Source: Curvularia clavata
Lineage: Eukaryota
NCBI GenBank assembly: GCA_023920165.1
Contig: CP089278.1
Span: 2,666,001 to 2,730,000 of the forward strand
DNA length: 64,000 nucleotides
Direction: 5' to 3'
The translations under genes and the position numbers were made by a program. This document shows, piece by piece, positions 1 to 11,081 of the stretch; the stretch's first letter is position 1, and each line of letters begins with the position of its first letter. The notes under the pieces were generated by a model, which saw nothing but the letters and a program-made list of their open reading frames with translations, made no database searches and was not told where the DNA came from.

Positions 1-677
1 CACAGCACCCGCACATGGTCATCGGTCAACCAGCGGCCATACAGAGGCCGTGTATGCTGTTTACTACCACGGGCGCAGCAAAATGTAACCACTCCAGAGA
101 CATCGGTACCACCCTGACATGGCTGCCCATCATTTCCATGGCTGCCCACGCCCGACACTGAGCTGGACTTGACTGGGCTGGGCGGGACGGCACTGGCCCG
201 ACTGATCGCTTGCCAGGATGACGCTGCCCCGCATCCTTCAGCCCGGCGACCCTTTTTTTTTTGTGAACAGTAAAATGCACTGTATTTATCCTATGGTACT
301 GGGTCGCTAGACGGCGCAGCAATCGCTCGAAGCGGAACACTGCGTAGTCTTCGCATCGCTGCATTCGGTGCACTGCCGTAGCTGGCTCCAGTCGCTGCCC
401 TGATTGGCCGGCGCGTCCCTAGCCTCTGCAGCTACTCAGCTACCCCAACACCATGACCTCATCGGCGTCGAGCTGGTCGACGGTGCTACAAACACGCCGT
501 CATGTCTTGACCTCACCAGCTGTGCCTTGTTTCTGCTCACTCTGCCCTCCTTTACTACTAATCAATTCCACTATTCGCGTAATTTGAATTAATTCCCGCT
601 TGCGCTGACCCTGGCCTTTCATCTCAAGCCCATCCTTCCTCGGACCCTGGCCAGATTCACGGCCTGCTACCCTCAAC

Positions 678-3600
678 ATGAACAAGATTAAGAGCGTCCT
701 GTGCGTACCAAACGCTTCAAACTCCCACCAATATGGCTAATTAAGCTCAAAGTCACGGCCACAAAAAGGACCAGGATGCTGCCCACGACCCCCACGACCC
801 TCCCAGGGCGTCTGTACTCCCCGTCCTTCTTCGCCAAATGCCGCTAACACGAAGCACAGTCAGCAAGGCAAGCATGCACCTCCTGGTCAGCCAATGTACA
901 ACATCAAAACCACGAGTGGTGCGCCGTACACAGAGCTAGCCCACTCTAATACTTCAGCACGTCCGCGCGGCCACGAGTCCCACGGACAACCAGAGTATAT
1001 CGGGACAGATGGTACTACCGGCACTGATGCCGCACAACCCTCAGCTCCTGCCAGCGTACCCCCTACAGAATCCCTTCGTCCCGATTCCCAATCTCATGGC
1101 AACACTCAAGAGGCTAGTATTGCCAGCATCAAGAGCGGCGTGATTGGTTTTGGCCCAGCTGAGTCGCAGGGTCATGCTGCCATGTCAACCCATAACCCCT
1201 CCGCCAGCTACATGGCTGGCGACCAAGTAGTCGGAGGCGGAAATCCTGGCACTGCTGGAATGACTGAAACCAGAGGCATGCAGACAGGCCCGGGTGCTCA
1301 CACAGATTCTCGTACGTAGATGCTTGCTTTGCTTGAATACACAAGTTCCATCTGCAAGTTCTGACCAAACATTTCAGAGACGAATGCAGTTGGTACACAG
1401 CCAGTTGTTACTGGTCCTTCCAACTATGCAAGCGAACCACAGCCTTATGAGAGCATTCTGCGCCAGGAAAGCTACACAGCCGACACTGACCGATCATTCC
1501 CGCTCGCTGGCGGTGTAACATCTAACCCTCACGAACATCCAAGCCATACAAGTCATGCGCGTGATGGCCTTGCTGGCGCAGCCGTCGCCGCCACTGCCAT
1601 TGGTGCTTCTCACACCACATCGAAGTCCGAGGAGAAGGACATCCGTGACCAAGGCGCCGAAACCCGTCAAGCCACATATGGTGACTCTCCATCAACTACT
1701 GTCCCGGAAACTACTGTGAGTATACTGGGAATGCACCGGTTCAGATCGGTGTGCATCATTCGTGACCAAGAAAAAACTAACAATCATGTAGTCTCAAGCG
1801 GTCACCAATGCTGTAAGCCAACCAGAAACTGAACATCATTCTACAATGCTTCCTGCTGCTGCTACTCTCGCCTCTAATGCTTCCTCTTCTCCATCAACCA
1901 CTCAAGAAAAGAAAGTTGAGACTGATAGCACCGGAACAATGCTTCCCACAACTGAGCCAATCAGCAGTTGTGAACGTCCAATCAATCCACGTCTTGAGTC
2001 GCGTCACAGGCACATTCCTGGTGAATACATTGCCACGCCAAGCGACGAGTCAAAAACGTTCCTGAACTACGATACCGTCATGGAACCAGCTTCCAGCCAC
2101 ACAGATGAGAGTGCGCCTGTTCAAAGTCTTCCTGCCACTGCCGTTGTTGCTTCGAGCGAGTCCCCGGTGGATCATGCTCCTAGTACTGGAAACCACGAAT
2201 TGAGGCATACGGGAACACTTGAAGAGCCAAGACCACGGTCAGCTGACAGCCATCATGCTCGTGATGCTGCAATTGCTGGTGGTCTTCTTGCTGGAGCTGC
2301 AAGCTTGGGGGCCCACGAGGCTTCCGAAAACCACGAGAGGCGAGACGTTCGAAGCGACTCACTATTGTATGATGATCCCAGCCCCTACACTGGCAAGACA
2401 CTAGACCCTCGTGTTCTGGGAGACAAATCCAAGCTAGAGGAGCAACGATTCGATCCCAAGGCCGAGGCCGCTCATGACATTAATCCAGCATTCTCAGGAC
2501 CTCTGACCTCACATGCACCTTCTCATGATGATGTTGCAATTGGTGTTGGCCCTGCTAGAGATAGTGCCGAGGATGTTGTCGAGGCGTACACTAACCACAG
2601 AATGACACAGCCCCGCGCTTCCATGCCAGAGCAACGATATGACCCTGCTGTTTCTAGCGCTCGAGCCTCCAACCCTGTCGCATCTAAGAGTCAATATGAT
2701 TACAACAATCCTGCTATCCTGAGCAATGTCAATCGAACAGACCCGAACGACCATGTCAACAGGAATGCTGCTTTCACTGGAGCTGGTCTAGCTGGTGTCG
2801 CATTGGGTGCTGGAGCCTACGCCCGTGAGCCGCATGCCCATGCTACTCAAGAACTACCACTTCGCCAAAAGGAAAATTATGCATCACATACCCAAGGAGG
2901 GCCCGTCTCGCAGCCTGCCTATCCCGTCCAGGATACTGCACAGACTTCTTGGCCTCTCCCCGATACCACCGCCCACATGTCATACCCTGGTCAGGGCACA
3001 ATTGCGCCGCATAACACGCATGTTGAGGACCCCACTGCTCAGAAGCCAGTACTAGAGGAGCATGACACGCACAAGAATGCCATGTTCGGTGGTGCTGTTG
3101 GAGCTGCGGGACTCGGTGGAGCAGCTTACATGGATCATCGATACCAGAACCAACAGGAAGCCGACGATCGTCTCAGGAAAATAGCCCTCCAGCGCGAGGA
3201 GGAAGAGCGTCTTCGTGAAAGGGGGTTTAGAAAGGAACACGAGACTGACGAGAAGAAGCACAAAGTGTTGGGCTTCTTGCACCGTGATAAATCCAAGAGA
3301 GAAAAGTCATCGGCAAGCCCTGAATCTTCGCCTCGCCACTCAAAAGACCACAGCGCAAGAAATTCCAAGGATTACGCCGAAGATTCAGACTCACCACGCT
3401 GGAAGGGCAAGCATCTTCTGCACAAGGACCCGCCAAAAGGCCATCCCGCCCGTGAAGTCCTCGAGAAATCTCACCATGCCGACCCGTATGCGGTAGGAAA
3501 GAGAGAGCATGTGGGCACTGACGGGCCCATTGGAAATCCCGACGCAGTCAGCGGTGACCGGTAAGCTGATTATATTCTCCTGGGCATTTTGAGTGAAATC

Positions 3601-3847
3601 TAATTTAAATAACAGGGAAACTCGAAAGGGTGTATATGGTGCCCATCCCGCCACCGATCTCGACCACAACCCTACTGTAATCGAGCCGCACACTGGGCTC
3701 CCTATGGATACTGAACATTATGGCACCGGTTATGGAGGCACTGACGGCAATCCCGCTATTCATGGCCAACATGAGCATCCTGGTGCCATATCGGGCCACC
3801 ACGCCACGAACTGGGAGGCTATCAGAAAGGCTGATACACCCTACTAG
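678..3847 (+). CDS. Large hydrophilic Ser/Thr/His/Gly-rich protein, fungal dehydrin-like/stress-protein type; 6 exons (678-700, 753-809, 860-1311, 1378-1715, 1792-3560, 3616-3847)
   Basis: ATG at 678 in CAACATG context. GT..AG introns with branch sites join ORFs 894-1319, 1846-3564 and 3593-3847 in frame (MNKIKSVLHGHKKDQ...DRSFPLAGG...LDPRV...TNWEAIRKADTPY). Low-complexity composition with GAAGLG-type repeats. Confidence 0.75.
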
Positions 3848-4588
3848 GCACAGGATAAATTGAGAGCAAGGAAACTTAATGTATGAGAGGTAATGTTTAT
3901 TTCATGACGCACACGATCAATAAGTTGTTGGTTCCATGTATTGTCTTTGTACTGCCATGAATAGCGAGCTATTATTATTTGTATATTTCTTTTCACTGAT
4001 AGTCCTTTAACCTGTTTGACAATGAAACCAATCGTTTTAAAACCAGCCTGCAGCTACTCAACCGTCAATAATCAAAATCCCAGCATCGACCTCACGCTCA
4101 AGCGTCGATAGTCAATCCCACTTGTTCGAACCTCCAATAATTCCTGATACCACCCATGTTCCTCTACCGACGTCACGGGTCCAAGCTCTAACACTAATCA
4201 TGCGTCTTGCTGTTTTTGAGCTTATCCGGGAAGAATATAAGTCTGTGAAACCCGTCCAAACTTGTAGGGCACGACCGGGTGACTAGCTCTATTAGCTGAT
4301 CGGGCTGATTTCACCCGAGGCTAATCAGAAAAAAGAAAAACGCATCATTAGAGAAATCTTGAATCGGCGCACCAAGAGCTTGTCTGTTCTACAAGCTTGC
4401 CCAAGTCTCTTAACAGAGAACGTGGCGACTAATCTTCTACAATGTCACTTGGCCGAAGTACATCATCATGCGATCAGGAGGTACATTGAAATCAACCTTG
4501 GAAAAGAGCCGCGGCAACGGTTCCGACACCAAAATATGACGTTCACCCGTCTAGCCACGATATTCTCAACCCGCAACGGAGGAATTAT

Positions 4589-4835
4589 CTCCACGCAGAT
4601 CTCCATGTCTGCGGGGAAGGTGTGGGGCGACTGATGTTGATCCTCGTCCAATGTCTGCTCACTAAGGATTCACGAAAACGAATGCGATGCAACCTACCCT
4701 TTCAAGCTAACGGTTGAAGTCAATGTCGGATAATTGTAGGCAAGAGCATCAATGCAACTAGGATTGCCTTCGGCAGAAATGCCATGACACAAGGAATGTA
4801 AAAAGAGAGAGCCGCACCGACCATGACATCTCCAC
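4589..4835. promoter_or_regulatory. Putative carbon-source control region: CreA-type SYGGRG sites (4589-4594 -, 4611-4616 +, 4622-4627 +, 4830-4835 -) and an AraR-type CGGATAAT (4727-4734)
   Basis: Motif matches read directly within 280 bp upstream of the glycosidase ATG. The motifs are short, so function is inferred. Confidence 0.4.
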
Positions 4836-4863
4836 GCCGTAATCTCATGTTTTACCGCCCATC

Positions 4864-6879
4864 ATGAAGCTTAGTACGTCGCTAGCACTGAGCTCTGTCA
4901 TTCATCAGGGGTTTGCTCTCATTGATGTAAATACTACGACGTCCAAATATTTTGGCAACGACGCACCATGGTATCGCGACCGCATTCCTCTATTTGAATC
5001 CAGCGATCAGGATCTCACCGATACATACTACTACCGCTGGTCTATCTTCCGCTCCCACCAACGCGATATTGGGTCTTATGGATTTATCACCACCGAGTTT
5101 CTGGATGACGTAAGTTGGCAAACCAAGCCATGGGCTTCGCTCAATGATGCCACAGGCTTCCATATTTTGGAGGCCAGGTGGTGTCGCGATCGAAGATTCA
5201 AAGAGGATTATGCGACCTTCATGTACAGCCAAGACAGCAACAAGCGCCAGTTCTCTGAGAGCATGGCTGCGGCTGTTTGGCAAGGATATCTCGTCGACGG
5301 CTCTGTGGCAGATGTGACCAAGAGACTAGAGGCTATGCAAACCGTATACGAGGCATGGAATGACTCTTACGACACTTCAAAGGGCCTATACTGGGTTGAA
5401 CCGCTCCGCGATGCCACAGAATACACTATCTCGAGTATCGATGCATCCGGTGGCCAGGATGGCTTTACCGGAGGGGAATCATTCCGACCAACCATCAACA
5501 GCTTCCAATATGCCAATGCACGGGCGATTGCTAGCATGGCAGCACTCAAGGACGGCATGGACAGCACTGTTTCAACGTACAACGGACGGGCGGAAGCACT
5601 TAAACAGCGCGTACAGGATGCGCTCTGGAACTCTACATTTGAGCATTTCATCGATCGCTTCCAAGTCAACAACGAATATGTCAAATACTGGGACTTTATT
5701 CGCGGACGCGAACTTGCCGGTATGGTTCCATGGACCCACGACCTCCCAGACGACAAGGTCGAATATGCCCACGCCTGGTCTCACGTGCTCAATAGCAGTC
5801 AGCTGTCTGGGCCAGCTGGTCCACGTACTGTAGAGCCAAGCTACCAGTACTACATGCGCCAATATCGCTACGAAGGCACACATCCAGAATGTCAATGGAA
5901 CGGGCCTGTCTGGCCCTTCCAATTCACCCAGACGCTCACGGGTCTAGCAAACTTCCTTGACCACTACAGCACGGGTGTCAAGGAAGATGTCATCAACACC
6001 CAAGACTACACAAGCATGCTCAGGAAGTACGCCAAGCTTCATCGCAATCCATCCACCGGGATCCTTGACCTTGAAGAAGACTACCACCCAGACACCGGCT
6101 TACCCATTGTCGGTCTCAAGCGCTCCCACCACTACTTCCACTCGGGCTTCAACGATCTCATTCTCAGCGGCCTCGTTGGTCTCCGCCCCTCAGCCGACGA
6201 CGTCCTGGTCGTGAACCCGCTCGCTGACTCCTCCATCAAGTACTTTCGTGCCGAACGCATCATATACCACGGCCACGAAATTGCCATACAATGGGATACC
6301 GACGGCTCACACTACGGCACCAAAGGCCTCCAGGTCGAAATCGACGGCAAAGTCGCCGCTTCCCAGCCTACCTCCAGCCGCGTCTCTCTTCCTCTCCAGC
6401 GCGCTGCAGCCCCCGCGCCCATGACAACTCGCATTGCAAAGTCCATCCAACTCAACAGTACAACCGCCTACCCGCGCGGCTCCGTCTCCACCAACGACAC
6501 AAATACGTACCCTGCCATTGACGGGCGCATTTGGTTCTACTCGACCCCCGACGCGGCAAACGGGTGGAACTCTCCCGCCGGCACCGGCGAGGAAATATGG
6601 TTCCAAATCGACTTTGGCAAGCAAGTCAGTATTAGTAGTGCTGAGTTGGCGTTCTTCGCGAATACGGAGCAGGGATTCGCGGCCCCGACGAAGTATAAGA
6701 TTCAGATTGCAGATCAGGCGGGGGAGTGGAAGGATGTGGATGGTGTGAAGTATGGTGGTGTGGTGGAGAATGGGATTACGGAGGTCGAGTGGAAGGAGGT
6801 GCAGAGCGCGAAGGTTAGGGTGGTGTTTACGCCAGTAACGGGACAGAAGGTTAGGTTGGTGGAGTTTAAGGTTTATTAG
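4864..6879 (+). CDS. Secreted six-hairpin (alpha/alpha)6 glycoside hydrolase (MGH1/GH63-like, beta-L-arabinobiosidase GH121-like) with C-terminal F5/8 discoidin/CBM32-like domain; intronless
   Basis: 671 aa ORF with signal peptide MKLSTSLALSSVIHQGFA. Motifs WYRDRIPLFE..YYYRW, DATEYTISS, CQWNGPVWPF and HYFHSGFNDL. C-terminal WFQIDFG...YKIQ...VRLVEFKVY. Confidence 0.8.
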   Translation: MKLSTSLALSSVIHQGFALIDVNTTTSKYFGNDAPWYRDRIPLFESSDQDLTDTYYYRWSIFRSHQRDIGSYGFITTEFLDDVSWQTKPWASLNDATGFHILEARWCRDRRFKEDYATFMYSQDSNKRQFSESMAAAVWQGYLVDGSVADVTKRLEAMQTVYEAWNDSYDTSKGLYWVEPLRDATEYTISSIDASGGQDGFTGGESFRPTINSFQYANARAIASMAALKDGMDSTVSTYNGRAEALKQRVQDALWNSTFEHFIDRFQVNNEYVKYWDFIRGRELAGMVPWTHDLPDDKVEYAHAWSHVLNSSQLSGPAGPRTVEPSYQYYMRQYRYEGTHPECQWNGPVWPFQFTQTLTGLANFLDHYSTGVKEDVINTQDYTSMLRKYAKLHRNPSTGILDLEEDYHPDTGLPIVGLKRSHHYFHSGFNDLILSGLVGLRPSADDVLVVNPLADSSIKYFRAERIIYHGHEIAIQWDTDGSHYGTKGLQVEIDGKVAASQPTSSRVSLPLQRAAAPAPMTTRIAKSIQLNSTTAYPRGSVSTNDTNTYPAIDGRIWFYSTPDAANGWNSPAGTGEEIWFQIDFGKQVSISSAELAFFANTEQGFAAPTKYKIQIADQAGEWKDVDGVKYGGVVENGITEVEWKEVQSAKVRVVFTPVTGQKVRLVEFKVY

Positions 6880-7701
6880 ATTGTGGTGGGGGGATTGTTA
6901 ATTTTTTTTAATGTATATTACGATCATGGCCGGTTGTAATACTGCTTACGTCAGTCGTACGAATATATGAATGTAAGGGTTGACTGTAGCAACGAGTAAT
7001 ATGTGAAAGAAACGTACGATCAATTCAAATCTCTCTAGATGTCTCATCTGTTGATAGTTATATATGTATAGGTTGGTAATATATTCCTATAGAACATTTT
7101 TTTCAATGCTCTTATAGTATTATAGTAACGCTAAGTCGTCTTTTAGAAGATATTGACTGATATATTCTGAAACTCTTTAGGGTCTTTGTATCTGACGACT
7201 CGATGGTGCGCCAACCTCGAGGCATCGTCGTGGCGCCGCGCTCTTACAATAAATCTCAAGAAGTTCGCCTGCTCGTGCTATGAAATCAGCGCTTCTCTTG
7301 CCAAGACACACCCGATATGGGTTCATGTGGAAACTACCGATGCTTCTTATCTACAGGATAAACGCAATGAAGAAAGACAGAGTTTCAATAAGATATTTGA
7401 ATTGATACTTACCGGGAAGAATCACAAACAGTCTCACGCAAAGACGATAGACGGCAGATTTAAAATCCAAGTTTCTGTAGAAATATGGCAATCGGATTCT
7501 CGATTAGATTGAAGCTTTACAGACACTTCCTTTCTTAACACGCGTCATCCGCATTACAACGATTCTAGGCAACAAAGATATGATGATATCCGTATGCATG
7601 GGCCAAGTGCTAGCGCAAGCACCGCCACGTTCGATGTTCGCGTCGCACATCTTCAGCTTCCGACTACCAATTTGCTCAATTCAAACCAGCAGTAAAGCAG
7701 G

Positions 7702-9088
7702 ATGAGCAAAGTCCTGACCCGAAAGCCTCATAAAAAGTCGAGAAATGGCTGCGTACTCTGTAAGAGTCGCCGTGTAAAGGTGCACATACCCCGATTTGGC
7801 AATGTGACGCTACATTGGGGCTGACAAGTCTCTCAAGTGCGACGAACAGAAGCCGAGTTGTGCAAATTGCGTGAAGCAAGGCGCAGATTGCGAATATCGA
7901 GCCCCCACAAGTCGTGAAGCTTCGCACACATCGCCTTTGCCAGATGGAACGCCTACGTTGACATCGTCCGATGCAGACAGCGCTCGGACTGGTGTTGGTG
8001 CTGGTACCATTTCTGAGCAGCAATTACTATCTGAATCTGGGCCGGCTCCAGTAAACGACAACTTGGCAAGGACTGATCTTACCCTAAATATACCGCAATT
8101 GCGACTGCTTCAGTACGTGAATTCAATCGTTTGGACAACCACCTTGCCCACCACTTCGTAACCAGGGATCAGAGGCTCTAAGCTAACGGCACTACGTAGT
8201 CACTACACGACGGTCACTGCAAAGACCCTCGCAGCACATACCGATGCAGAAGATGTATACAAGATAACATTACCTGAGCTTGCCTTCTCCCACCCCTATC
8301 TCCTCCACGCCATTCTCTCTCTCAGCGCCCTCCACCTAAGCCGCCTCGCACGCGCAGACTCAGAAGCGCAATCCTACCTATCCCAAGCGGAACAGTACCG
8401 CTCCGCCGCGCTCCACGGCTTCCAAACCACTGTTCATGGCATCGACGACTCAAATTTCAAAGCCGTCCTCCTCTTCACCGGCATCCTCTTCCCCCACGCC
8501 TGCGCCACTTGGATCGCCTTGACCAACGACCTCTCGTTTGCTTTCTCTAATATAATCTCTAATCTCATCTTGACGCGTCGCATGCGCTTTATGGTTACCG
8601 ATTTCTACACGAAGATGCAAGAAAGCGAGCTCGCTCGTGTGGTACCCCTCGACGTCAAAAATATCGACTGGTACTCTGCAACACGGCCAGCTACTACCGA
8701 GCTCGTCCAGCTGCGCAAATTCGCACAGATCATGCATCACGTATATCCTCCTGATATAATCGACGCCTATAGCTCTGCTTGTAATCTTCTCGAGCGCATC
8801 TTCGACGCCGCGGCCGCTTCACCTACGCCACCTTCAGATGGGCTGCTCAAGACCTGGATTCATCTTGTGTCGGAGAGGTATATAGAGTTGCTGGCGGAGA
8901 AACAGCCGGGGTCGCTGATTATCTTTGCGCATTTTGCGGTTTTGATGCATAGAGCGGCGGAGTGTTATTGGTATATGCAGGGTGTGGCGGAGCAGATACT
9001 GAGGGTCGCGGAGTATTTGGTGCCTGTGGAGTGGAGAACGTGGTTAGAGTGGCCGAGGGAGCAGATAGGGTTGGGGGAGAAAGAGTAA
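7702..9088 (+). CDS. Zn(II)2Cys6 transcription factor, Upc2/Ecm22-like; exons 7702-7779, 7838-8112, 8200-9088
   Basis: Spliced N-terminus RKPHKKSRNGCVLCKSRRVK|CDEQKPSCANCVKQGADC. LRLLHHYTT and LAFSHPYLLHAILSLSALHL motifs, and C-terminal IIFAHFAVL...WLEWP, are typical of this family. Confidence 0.88.
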
Positions 9089-9843
9089 GGATCAAATAGG
9101 GGTTAGAGGGCTTGAGGATTGGGCGGGTGGTGGCCTTTGTAGGTGGGTAAGTAGTGCTGCATGGTGGTGCTAAACATGTGGGTGCTCACTTCATAGGAAG
9201 CGAATCGACCTAGGAGTGCATTGATCGGTATCAGGAGCTGCTAACTGTCTTGAACTATGGATATCGCATCTCTACATCTGTGTGCAAGGTAAAACCATCT
9301 TCTTTCGCTCAATACGCAAAGGAGCATGATGGATCTCGTACCACGTAAAAGTACTTTTATCCGTCCGAATAGTATACGCAAATGCATACCAGTTTCTTGT
9401 TGTAGAAAAGAATCCGCAAAAACAACTATCCACCAAACTCCCATCCCCCGAAGAAGCGCTTGCGATGTCTCCCGGTATCCCAGCACCATTGCGATTGGCT
9501 GTCGTATTCGCAACCGCTACTCGTATGCACAGACCTTCATCCTACTCTCTGTACGACCATCGCGTAACTCAACAGCAAACGGGGTACCTGGTAGTTCGCA
9601 TATGGCTTCAGGCCCTAGCTTCTAAAAGTAAGTAACTACGCGTACTCCACTGTCTTCCAGCTATTTATAAACGCAAATATCTGCCATGAACCTCTCGACC
9701 GCCCAGAGTCTGTGTTCCACGCCTTAGTTTTGCATACACATTATACCTCTTTTCTCTATTTCTCATTATATTATCAAGATAAGCTCGATATTCTAACATT
9801 CAGAGACACACCCCATCCGTCTTATCTTGCCTTTCCAACCACA

Positions 9844-10904
9844 ATGTCTGACTCCCCACCACCCAAATACGTCCTCTGGCCCTACACCCCCTCCCTCCCC
9901 GGCGGCATCGTCGCTGCCATCATCATGTCTAGTCTCTTCCTCTTCCACACCTACAAGTTGATAAGACACAGAACATGGTTTTGCATCCCTTTTGTCGTTG
10001 GTGCGCTGGTAAGTTTCTCCCTCTCCGTGACACAAAAACATACCAAGACTGATATAAAAAAACCCCCACAGTGCGAAAGCATAGGCTATTCTGCGCGCGC
10101 CGCCGCGCATAACGACACGGTCTCCACACGCCCTTATATCATTCAATCGACGCTTATACTTCTCGCTCCTATCCTCTTCGCAGCGTCAGTGTACATGATA
10201 CTGGGGCGCATGGTGCGGCGCACTGCGTCGACGGATTACTCTGTTATTCGTGTGGCGTGGGTGACAAAGATATTTGTCGGTGGGGATGTGCTGTGTTTGT
10301 ATGTCATCAAATCCCCCTCCTTCAGTCCCAGATTGAACTACCCTCTCCTTTTTCTTTTCCATTGTTGAAGCTGATGAGGTCACGTTTGTAGTATGGTCCA
10401 GGGCGCTGGTGCCGGCCTCCTCGTTTCCGCGTCCACTGCCTCAGGCTTCAAACGCGGCGAGAACGTCATTCTGGGCGGTCTAGTCCTGCAAATCCTGCTC
10501 TTTGGCTTCTTCGTTGTCGTTGCGGCAGTGTGGCATGTTCGTTTGCGTAATCAGCCGACGGCGGAGGCGGCGACGATCAAGTGGGAGGGCTTGATGGCCA
10601 AGCTGTATGCAGCGAGTGGGTGTATTATGCTGAGAAATGTGTTTAGAGTGGTGGAATATGGGATGGGTAGTGTACGTTTTCTCTTTCTACGTTGCGAAAC
10701 CGGGGGGGTTTTTTTTTAAAGAGGCACAAACGGCTAACAAGCGGTGTGTAGGATGGCTATCTTATCACGCATGAGTGGCCAATTTATGTCTTTGACTTTT
10801 TGCTTATGGTGGCTACGCTGGGGGTGAGTGTCTGCTGGTATGGGGCAGACATTCAGCGGCGTGGGCGGAAGGGCGATGTCGAGTTAAGCGCGGCTCGTGT
10901 ATGA
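9844..10904 (+). CDS. RTA1/RSB1-family membrane protein (putative lipid translocase); exons 9844-10008, 10072-10298, 10392-10671, 10752-10904
   Basis: Motifs YTPSL, IPFVVGAL, PYIIQSTLILLAPILFAASVYMILGR, TKIFVGGDV, RNVFRVVEY and HEWPIYVFD. Canonical introns. TATAAA at about 9665. Confidence 0.9.
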
Positions 10905-11081
10905 GGGTGGGTAGTTTGAGGAGAGGAGGCAGACTCGGGGATGTAGAAGATAGATCACATGGGGAGTGGAAGATTCATATTGCCTTCGCTTTCGGACAGC
11001 CAGGTGGAAGATGTTCTATTTTACCAGCGAATGGCGAACTTCAGAAATACGTATTGGTAGTATCATAATTTCATTCCACAC

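Noticed and set aside
6890..7600. TA-rich intergenic segment and ORF 7186-7512
   Set aside because: No repeat structure or domain. Consistent with terminator/promoter sequence.
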